A stretch of DNA of 63,517 bases, filler included, from Intoshia linei (taxonomy: Eukaryota; Animalia; Orthonectida), in NCBI GenBank assembly GCA_001642005.1. It is 8 parts of 8 records of this genome, joined end to end, with 100 filler letters (N's around TTAATTAATTAA, not from the genome) between each part and the next. Parts side by side here need not be neighbours in the genome. Positions count along the whole stretch, not along the records: positions 53,518 to 63,517 come from LWCA01001319.1; 7 more parts are not named here. The stretch is one strand, 5' to 3'. This document shows positions 53,518 through 63,517 of the stretch, piece after piece (within the stretch, counting starts at the first letter, position 1; each line of letters opens with the position of its first letter). The translations under genes and the position numbers were made by a program. The notes beneath the pieces were generated by a model. That model made no database searches. It worked only from the letters and a program-made list of their open reading frames with translations, and was not told the origin of the DNA.

Positions 53518-53949
53518 CGTTTCTTCCGTAATAGAATTATCATTTTCCCTCTGTTCAACAAACCAACCGTACAGGTTTTTTTCGATCACTGAAAATTTTG
53601 TAAAAATCCATCATTTTTGATTTATTTCGCTGGACTGTATAAATGGTACTAGTTACTTGTTCAATTTGGTCGATATTTCCTTAACTGATATACCTTCATG
53701 GAGCATTCTAATTATCTCTAATTTTTCGTTTAATGTGATAGTTTTTTTCATTATTTTGAAATTTAAATCAATTTAATTTTACTATTACAATGTCAATAAT
53801 TGTGAGCAATAAAATATTCACTCAAATTCATATCACACTATGTTATGCTTGCATGCATTACGTAAATGCTTATCTAAATAAATCTCTACTAACGAAACAT
53901 TTTCAAAAAGTTATCTACTAAACTTTTCTCTACTAACGAAACTTGACTG
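53518..53949 (-). mobile_element. pogo/Tigger-like element 5' end
   Basis: TA-CAGTCAAGTTTCGTTAGTAGAG terminus with an inner repeat at 53883. Remnant MKKTITLNEKLEIIRMLHEG...LYGWFVEQRE (CENP-B-type HTH). Confidence 0.8.
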
Positions 53950-54089
53950 TATGTAATATTATTATCAATGCGATTGGAGTATACGTCAATTTATAGTTTT
54001 TTTTTCCAAATTTTCAAAGGGGTTTTTAAGATTTTTTAACCAAACTGTAATGTTATCTTGCAATTTTAACAAATTTTTTTTGTGTCTTA

Positions 54090-54572
54090 AGATACAACTG
54101 TACCATTTGTATTTTTTTGAAATTCTAGGGTTGTTTTCATTTAAAAAAAAATGATAATGTGGGTTTTGATCGTGAAAATTATTTTTTTGAGGTTTCCATT
54201 TATGATTTTACAAACTATCCCAGAATCTATGATTACATACATTTTAGGACATGTTTCATTTTTAAAACAAAGGGTAATTTGTGGTTTTTTCCATGAAGGT
54301 ATGCGTTTCTGAGGCTGAGATTAACGACAATGTTAATGATTTTAAAACGCGTCATAGAATGTATGTTTTATTAAATTTTTGGGCTGATTTATGTTTCAAA
54401 CAAAAAACTAAATTTGTTTTTTACCCTGAAGGACTCAAATTCTGAAACTGAAAAATAGATAAAAACACGTCATGGGAAAAACTGTATTAGAAAGTAGGTT
54501 TTTTTAAATTCTGTGACTGTCAATTTTTTCAATAAATGGTTACACACAGACATTCTTATAATAATATAAGGA
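54090..54572 (-). mobile_element. Helitron-family copy with sub-repeats
   Basis: Reverse complement matches 4970-5025 and the 5' TC(C)TTATAT...GTCTGTGTGTAACC start of the family. Confidence 0.6.
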
Positions 54573-54889
54573 TATACATTGTATAATATACAATGTATAT
54601 CATACATCATTTAATTAAATTTATTATTATTTCATTGATGTTGCCGAATATAATCAGAGTTGGATATTTCCATTAGATTACTTATTTAATTAACGTAACA
54701 ACACAGGATATACTATTAAGATTACTAACGTGGTGAGTACGAACGAGACCAAGATGTTGTTTTAGATACCTTTCAACTACATTTAGTACATAGTCTATTA
54801 AATATCCCTTACCGATGTAATTATAAATATACATTGCAAATTGCAATGTAAGAAAAAATATATAAAAAATTTATTTGTTGACAACATAA

Positions 54890-57483
54890 TTAAATTTCGT
54901 ATCTAAAAAACAATTCAAATATGTAAATAAAAATACAAATAAAAAATTCACCTATTTATATGTTTTGCAAACATTATCATAAAACGGTCTTTATATTTTG
55001 AGCACTAAATGCATACAAATTAACAATAATTACAGTCTGAAATTGACGGAAAAGTTATAAAAAATGTAATATAAATTGTAAAACGGTAATATAGTCGCGA
55101 CTCCGCTGTCTATGATTTAATCCAACATTCAAAATTCAAAATATTTCATTAACATTTTATAAACAAAACTATGAAAAATCTAGTTGCCCCTTTGAGAAAT
55201 TTATTATGAATTCTTTTTGTGGAAACAGTCTACGTTTCTACTTTTATATTTTAAACCTATAAGTATTTGTTTCTTTTGACTACATTTCAACTAGTACGTA
55301 ACACCTAGAGCAGTAATTTCCGATTCAAATACTGTACTACGTATTACAAACCCCATTTCAAAATGTTTATTTTTTTTGTATCCCAAAGGAAAAATGAAGT
55401 ATAAAACATTTATGAAAAAATGAAAGATTTTTTCTCATAAGATTTATTAAAATCGTGTTTTTCAAAAAAATATTGGAAATAGGGATTTTTCTCTTCAGGA
55501 TTGATATAATTGTATTTTTTATTTGTGTGTTTAATTTAGTGCCTATTTTAAATCCTTGAAGGTATGGCTAGGCTATATAACACTACGCATCGCTTATAAA
55601 TTTTTTTAGGGGCCTATTTTTCATTTTCGGGTAGTCTCGATAAATAATTATAGGCGAAGCACAGCTATCAATATTATCCATCGATATATTGGATATATAT
55701 TTAAATACAGTTTGGTTGAGATTCTCAATTTGTTGAGAGACAACTAGAAAAAATTATTTTATGTTAAATTTAACATAGATACATCATTCTCTCTTTTCAA
55801 CCCAGATTTACTAGATCAATAAAAGAAAAATAAAAACAAAATTCAATGTATTTTAGATAGAATTAGAATTTTAGTATTCTGAAAATTATAGAGTAAAATG
55901 TTTTTAATTTTTCACGGTTACCACCAACACGACACGAAGTATAATACTTGACAATATTGGTATAACTGACCAAAAGAAATAGCCTAATAGACCTAAACAC
56001 CGAAAAACAAGTTTAAATCTAAAACATTACTTTGAAAGCTATAACTAAAATTAAACAATATTCATTTTCCATTTTTCCATCAAGTGCTAAAAAAACACTT
56101 AGTTTTTAGAATCACAAAATTTTGATAATCATGATTTTTGCAGGGATTCAAGTACTACGTTGCTCCGAGCGATGAAAATGTATTTACAAAAAATTTATGT
56201 TTGTGGTATGACATGAATTATTTGTGATGTGAAGTATGTAAGCCATTTTTAATTTTTTGATTAAAATTAAAATATAAAACATTAAAAAATTAAAAAAAAG
56301 CCGACGTTAGTAATTCAAAGTGCAATTAATAATAATAAATGCAAATAATAATATTAAAAAATACAAATAGTTTATGATTTTGATTGTCAAACAAATCCAT
56401 TTCACAATATTGCTAAACATCATTATAAAGTCAAACTATATTCTTACATATAAACATTCCTGGATAAATTTTAGAATATTGTTAACATTTAAATTCTAAA
56501 TGAAATGAATTAATAAATACATTAATTTCCTATTTCAATGGCAATAATATATACATTTTTGATAAGACCGAATCATACCAGTATCTAGTAACCAGACACG
56601 ATAGGTATAATATATATACAAATTTATTTTGAAAAATATGAAAATCTAACTAACATAATAAGAATAATGCTATACATTCATTTTATAATATACCTTTTTG
56701 CTATATATCGGAATTAACTTAAAAATGTTAGTTTCAGCAAATGAACACTAAAATATTATATAGATAAATATGTAAACTGTTGATTGTTACAATTTTTTTA
56801 GCTTTGGGATTATTTCTCCATTTGGCCTTCACATTTTTACAGATAATCTAGTAAAATTTAAATAAATATTTTACAGCTTACCCCAACTAAATCAAAACCC
56901 ATAACAGAAAACAATCCGACTGATGGATGGGTCTAAAGTCTGAATATATATAATTAGCAAATTATAAAATATCAAACTGATTAATATTATATCTTAAATA
57001 TTTACTTGAATATAAGGGTTGCACCTGTAACAGGTACATATGAATAATATGTGAATTTAAATATTTTTAAAACAAATATACCACAAATTCCGGAATCTTT
57101 TTCGCTATTGTAGTCATACTTGTAGCCACTTTAAAGATATCAACATAGAGAGCTAATTTATCAAAAAACTAAACAAGTTACTATAAATTTAAATAATTTA
57201 AACTTTTGGATCATTAGACATTTTTGTTCCTAATGTAATCACACCGGTGCACTATACAAACGTAAAATATAATTATTGAATGTTACCATAAAAGAAGGAA
57301 TACCCATTAACTTACATGCACTAATCAACATTCCCTAAAAATTTTATTATATGACGAGAATTTCATCAATAATTACGGTTGTACTGAAATCATAAGCTAA
57401 ATGTTGGTATCATTTGATATTAATATTTTACCTAGTGAAATATGAAAAAATGACGCCAAACACATAAAAAATTTTAAATTCAT
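54890..57483 (-). CDS. Secreted Cys-containing orphan protein encoded by short symmetric exons (micro-exon-gene-like)
   Basis: Exons 57432-57483, 57377-57396, 57287-57334, 57204-57251, 57082-57168, 56882-56932, 56791-56847, 56694-56747, 56620-56649, 56448-56495 and 56365-56412, tentatively also 54952-55004 and 54890-54902. All are GT-AG and in frame. The N-terminus MNLKFFMCLASFFHISLA looks like a signal peptide. Confidence 0.6.
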
Positions 57484-57576
57484 TTTTGAAGTTAATATAC
57501 GTGTATTTTGTCTTATTGATTTAACATTTTAATTACTTAGTTTATTAATCCTGATGATAAACTTATTGAATTGTCA

Positions 57577-60500
57577 ATGGCTCGCGTTTTACCCGATACA
57601 AAATTGGATTTTATTCATGTCCTTTTTCAACCCAAGCGTTCTACAGTTAAAAGTAGGAACGATGTAATAATATATAATTTTAAAATGTAATTTAACTTTA
57701 CATGTATTAGGTAAATCTGATTTGTAATTATACATTCAAACACTCCAAAAATGAATATAGTGGTATTCCGGTTATGGCCGCTAATATGGTATTAATATTT
57801 TGAATGGTTCATATATTTTAATTTGTTTAGGATACAATTGGTACAATTGATATTGCTGAAGCCCTAACTAAAGTAAAATATTCTAATTTAACTTTGCATA
57901 ACAGTGCCCTATAATTTGTATGATAAATATCCAAATTAGTACACGGTGTTCTTATATAATTTTACATTTTTTCATAGTAAAAATGACAAAATTGTCCAAA
58001 AGTAGTAATTGATATTAAGTACATCTTTAACATAATCGAAATTCTACATCAGGGGTCCCCAATCTTTTGAGTACCATCATTTATCAAAATTTACATTCTC
58101 GCGGGACCCAACTTTTTTTGATATCATAAAATGTTTTAGCTGCTAATTAAAAAAGATAAATCTAATTTTATCATTATAATGATGGAATACATCAGAGGTC
58201 CCAACCTTTTGAGTATCATGTGCTCCTAAAATTTTATAAAACATAAATTCTGGGATAGTTTTTAAAATCATAAACATTATCATAAATCACAAACCCAAAA
58301 AAGTGCATTTTCACGATCAAACCAACAAATAATTTTATTTTTTTTGAAAAAATGAAAATAGTTTTTGAATTTAAAAGAATAAAGCTGAGTTAAATTTAAA
58401 ACTTTTAATCAATTGGCAAATCCCGTCTTTGACTTTTGATTTAAGTAAAGACAATGGAAAAGAATCTATCAATTATATTATAACTTTTATATATACACAT
58501 TTAATATAACCAATCACCTAATATATCGAAAATATAAGAAGCAAATGTTCACAGTTATGCATAAATTCCACAAGTCTGAAAGTATTGTTGAAATGTTCAA
58601 GAAAAACGATGATTACCAAAACGTATTTTACTATAAATTTAAATTAAATAAAGAATAGACTGTTGCCTTAAGTAGTGGAATGTCAAAGGTAGATATTGAT
58701 CAAATTTGTAAATTGATAGATCATGAAAATGTTCCAATAAAATATGTTTGTCTTGATGTAGCAAACGGTTATTCGGAAGATTTCGTCGACTTTGTGCGTT
58801 ATACTCGAGAAAAATTACCAAAAACTACAATTATGGCGGGTAACGTTGTAACAGACGAAATGGTACAAGAACTGATTCTTGCTGGTGCTGATATCGTAAA
58901 AATTGGTATTGGTCCAGGTTCAGTGTGTACAACAAGAATTAAAACAGGCGTAGGTTTTTTTTCTTATGTTTATTTTTATATCTTTTTAAAGGATACCCTC
59001 AATTCAGTGCAATATTGGAATGTGCTGATGCAGCGCACGATGTAAATGGTTTTATTATTTCCGATGGAGGATGCACCTGTTCAGTAATTATTTAAAATTA
59101 ACTAAAATACTTATATAAAGCAGTGGTTCTCAATTAATTTTTCCTCATTCTTCCTTGAGCTGTATTTTTTTATTTATTTTTAAGGGATTCATTTCTGAGT
59201 TTTCAATTTCCCCCTTCAAATAATAAAATTCTCGCCTGATTGGGAATTCCCCCTGTTGAGAACCACTGATATAAATTAATAAATTATTTTTTTAATTTTT
59301 TATTTATTTAATATTTTCTAAAAATTATATTTAAATTAAAAAATGAGTTTACTAAATAATAAATCAGTAAATAGAATAGAAAGACAATTTTTTGTAAACG
59401 TAATATACAGATTCCTTTTTTAATAAATGTATTATTTGTAGTATAATACTTAGAAAGCATTTTAAATTTGCGTGACTCGTAACGTGACTTAAAACTTAAG
59501 TACTTAAAATTGTAACTAATTTTGAAAAATGGTTATAAAATTTTTAGTTTAATATTTTAAATTAACTGCGAATAAGAGAATTGGCGAGTTATAAAATAAA
59601 ATGTTAATATTTGTATATTACAGTAATAATCATATGGCGAAATACAGAGTTGGCGAGAGAATACTGTATATTGTATGCTAGTGATTGTGATTTCCCGAGA
59701 AAAATAAAAAATTTTTATTCATATAAAATAGAAGCATTAAAAATTTTAGAGACTTTAATTAATTTTAAAAACAAAAAGAATATTTATTTGATTACTAAAT
59801 TGAAATTTACAAATTTAATTAGAAAAAAATTTATTTATTGTAGATTGTTGAAAAAGTGTCCAAAACACATCATATTGATAGATTCGTCTTTTAAACGCGT
59901 TCTACGTTTTGTAACAAAATTAGAAGCAGTAGAGAAATTTCTTTCATTTTGCGTTGACGTAGGTTGAACGGTCATAAGGGTTTCCTTTAATTTAAACAAT
60001 CTTTATGATAGCGTTCCAGTTCGTAATAACTCATAATATTTTTCAAAATAATATTGGACAAAGAGGATAATTCCCTCAAGCGTTAGTAATTTGTGGTTGG
60101 AATAAGAGGTTTTTAAAAAAATATTGGAAAAAGGATATTTTTCCATTAAGGACTGGAAAATTAGATTTTTTATTTGTGGTTTGATGAAGTGGATTTTTTT
60201 CATAAGATTTCGTAAAATCGGATTTTTGAAAAGAATACCGGTGTAAATCAATTTTTCTATAAGGGCTTGAAATGGTATTTTTAATTAAATTTTATTTGTG
60301 GTAGGATTTTTGAAATGGTAAATTTTAAATATTATAATCATATTTTCATAGTAATAACAAACATAAATCAAATTCAGGTATGTCTCAATTTTTTTCGGGA
60401 AATCGTAAAAATCCCGGAAATTATGTCCCGGTTTTTTTCCCGGCACAATCACTATTGTATGCGGATTCAGAAATTTTGTTAATCGTCACTGGAAAGGATT

Positions 60501-61755
60501 ATTAAAATTTTCGCTAAAATTATTTTGTAGTAAAATATCACGTTGAACAAAAGGAGTGATTATATTATATTCATTCATAGATTAGGTTTTAACTACAGGG
60601 ACTCAGGGCCTGGTTCCCTATCAGATCATCATTAATCAGAATTGATAAACTTGAAAATCAAAAATTGTTGAACAATAAAATTCTATTTTTTCATGATTCT
60701 CTCATCAATTTTTTAAAATATTTATTACATTAATAATTTATAAAGTTCGTTAAGTTGTATTTAAATTCATAAATTTTTAGAGGTAAACAATAACTAAAAA
60801 AAAACTACTTTCTTTATATCATTGGAAATACATAGTGCGATTCATCAATTGAAATTATATTTTCGATTCTTGGTATGTGATAAATTTACCACTTATTAAT
60901 ATAATTTACATAATAAAAAATATTCAACATTTTTAGTAAATAAATCAAAGGGCTAATTAGATGATACCCAAAGATAAATAAAATAAATTGTATATTTACT
61001 GGGAGTATCCTTACATATATTAATTAGTAAATATAATCAACAAATTTAAATATTGATGCTACGAATATATTATTTATTCTATAATATCAATGTAAGGGCG
61101 ACGTAGCTAAGGCAATTGGAGCTGGAGCAGATTTTGTTATGATTGGAGGATTACTGGCTGGTCATGATGAATGTTCAGGTGAGGTAGAAACTGATAAAAT
61201 AACTGGAAAAAAATTTAAAAAATTTTACGGTATGGCTTCCAAAACATCAATGCAATTACACTCGAACAAAGTTTGTAATTACAGGTACATTTTGTAAATT
61301 TGTATTACATAACAATTAAACTAATAAAAAAGAAGACAAATTAATGTTAGATTTCTAGTACCTTCGTACTAGAAAAAAAAATAATTCAGTTTCGATTTAA
61401 TATATTTTTTGAAATAAATGTATTACGTTTTACGAATTTTTCTTAAGTTTTACATGATGAATTATGAAAAAAACAAAGTTTTATACTTTATATTAAAAAA
61501 ATCATAATTTGAAAACTTGAACCGCATTATAACAATTGAATTAAATGTATATTTAGAGCGTCAGAAGGAAGAACAGTAATAATACCTTACAAAGGACCAG
61601 TAGTACATACAATAAATGACATACTGGGCGGTTTACGATCAACATGTTCTTACGTGGGCGCAACATCGCTAAAAGAATTATATCATAGAGCAACGTTTAT
61701 TAAAGTTCATCGACAATACAATAGTTCAATGGAAATGTTTACAGTTAAAGATTAA
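57577..61755 (+). CDS. GMPR: GMP reductase, complete, 8 exons
   Basis: Exons 57577-57663, 57711-57788, 57831-57872, 58539-58622, 58659-58953, 58992-59083, 61097-61284 and 61557-61755. Motifs [105 protein letters not shown]. Confidence 0.97.
59121..59268. mobile_element. hAT MITE in GMPR intron 6
   Basis: Perfect 13-bp TIR CAGTGGTTCTCAA / TTGAGAACCACTG and 7/8 TSD ATATAAAG/ATATAAAT. Confidence 0.85.
59679..60454 (-). mobile_element. Internally deleted hAT element in GMPR intron 6
   Basis: Perfect TSD TTGTATGC and 11-bp TIR TAGTGATTGTG. The minus strand encodes the hAT dimerisation domain [36 protein letters not shown]. Confidence 0.9.
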
Positions 61756-61756
61756 T

Positions 61757-62893
61757 TTACAGGCTAAATAATTCAATAAATTTAAATTTAGATAATTAAA
61801 ACATGACATACCTAATATTTTTGTATACTCTGGTTTCTTTAACATCGCATTTTGTTATTTTTTGACTAAAATTTACATAAAAAAGCAAAAGTGAAAATAC
61901 CGTTTCCCGCAATATTTAGGAACATAAATCATATTACGCATTTGTAAACTTTTATATCGATCCAATGACATACTGCCAGACACCTATAGACGGTATTATT
62001 TATAAAATTAACTGAAAAACCTTCAATGTGCGAAAATGTCCAGTGATATCATTTGAATCGTTTGTAACCTGTTCAACCGGTTCAAATCTAAATCAGAATA
62101 ACAATTTAATTAAAAATAAAATATTCATTCCTATGATCCACAAAAACAATGAAATTTTATAGTCAAATGAAACTCACTTGTGAAATCCCAATCTTTTGAT
62201 AAGATTACTTGCTTCCAATCTTTTAATATTGATTTTGGTTTTCTCTATTTTATTTAGTCGAATTTTGTGATCAACGTTTTTACGAATAGATTTTATTCTA
62301 AAAATAAATATTAATCCATGAATCAAATAAACCTAAATTCATCATTCTTTTGAATTCTCTCAGCTTTACGTTTGATTTTATCTTTTACAAATTTAATTTG
62401 TTGCATTTTTTTTCTACGTTGTTTCTTTGACAATTTACTCTCTGCTACTACAGGAGGGTTGATACTCATAAAATCAACTTCGCTAACTGGATCTTCAAAT
62501 TTAACATCATCCTCCACGTTCATAACCTATACAATATGAAAACATGGCTAGATAATTATACGTTATTTAAATGTTTTGATATTTTCATTTTTTTAAGATA
62601 TTTTTTTTGGTCAATTAATCGGGTTTCATTTAGTCCGATTTTTTCAAGTAATTTCTAAATAATTAATTAAAAATCCTTAACTTTAAATTACTGTATAATC
62701 TTTATTTTTTGGATTGTACGAATTTCCTGGATCGTCGACAATTACGGCTTTAAATCGATATTTCTTTTTAATTTTTTTTGATTTTAAATTATTTGACCAA
62801 ATGTCCAATTGTTGGGGTAATTTTGTTTTGTCGTTGAACAATACATTTTTTTTTTCGTAATCATTTTTATCAGGTTTTAAATATGTTTCGTTC
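61757..62893 (-). CDS. NOP53: Ribosome biogenesis protein NOP53/GLTSCR2 (5' exons further right, not resolved)
   Basis: Exons 62692-62893, 62562-62654, 62333-62526, 62178-62297, 62021-62087, 61901-61983, 61812-61865 and 61757-61763 are in frame. Motifs LDIWS, AVIVDDPGNSYNP..KDY, SKKQRRKK, KRLGFHKFE, GHFRTLK.SGS...DRYKSLQMRNMI. Confidence 0.85.
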
Positions 62894-63517
62894 CTACAAT
62901 TTGTATTATAGTTTAGTTATAAAATAAACCCGTTGACAAGTTTGATATGATTGATGGCATTTACTTTCCGAGTAGTTGCTAAAGAAAAAATATATCAAAT
63001 AAAGCATTTTTAATTACCATTAAATTTGGACACATTTTGAGGTTGTTTATCAATAATATATAAACATTCAGTTTTCTCAGATTTAAATGGAATTTCGCTA
63101 AAATTTAATTAATTTTCTCAATTAATATTTCAACATTGTTATACATTTTTCTATTTTCAAAAAAATCCAAAAACTTTGTGTTAGTATGTCTTGTTTTACA
63201 ATTTAATATTTTCTTTTTCATAACGATAATAGATTAAATATATATTTATGACAATTTTTGTAAATAAAGTTTTTTTTGAATTATAGTTTATTTTTCGAAA
63301 ATAAAAATGACGAATGATTGCATACAAATCAGTACTAATCTTTAGTTTTTATATTAAAAAAAGCTTTCAAAATTTCATTAAAACATTACTAATAATTAGT
63401 TAATTACTAATACAAAATTAAATTTGAAATTTTAACTTGCAAGGTGTGTTATTCGATGTGTACAATTAAGAAGTATAAAAATATTTATTTCTATTATCGT
63501 TATTCTACGTTACTTTA

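Noticed and set aside
58680-59045. ORF could be read as bacterial guaC or IMPDH (horizontal transfer)
   Set aside because: It is one exon of an 8-exon spliced gene with GMPR-specific motifs (LDVANGYSE) and no CBS domains.

Overview
Very AT-rich eukaryotic (metazoan-like) genomic DNA. It consists of eight pieces joined by seven identical 100-nt artificial linkers (44 N + TTAATTAATTAA + 44 N), so adjacency across linkers is not trustworthy. Host genes have tiny GT-AG introns (mostly 34-48 nt) and were reconstructed by hand. They are: WDR78/DNAI4 dynein intermediate chain N-terminal exons (-), the 3' half of a long-chain acyl-CoA synthetase (-), a complete 8-exon GMP reductase (+), NOP53/GLTSCR2 (-) convergent with it, and several orphan genes. 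The most unusual orphan is a signal-peptide gene built from a run of short, phase-0 symmetric exons (micro-exon-gene-like), head-to-head with GMPR. The rest is a dense transposon graveyard: Ty3/Gypsy fragments, Tc1/mariner (including IR/DR and a GC-rich copy), pogo/Tigger, hAT, Merlin, MULE, a DDE_Tnp_4 (Harbinger/ISL2EU-like) element with an apparent intron, non-autonomous Helitrons and many MITEs. The ~35-nt intron mode and low GC are compatible with a compact parasite genome such as an orthonectid (inference only).
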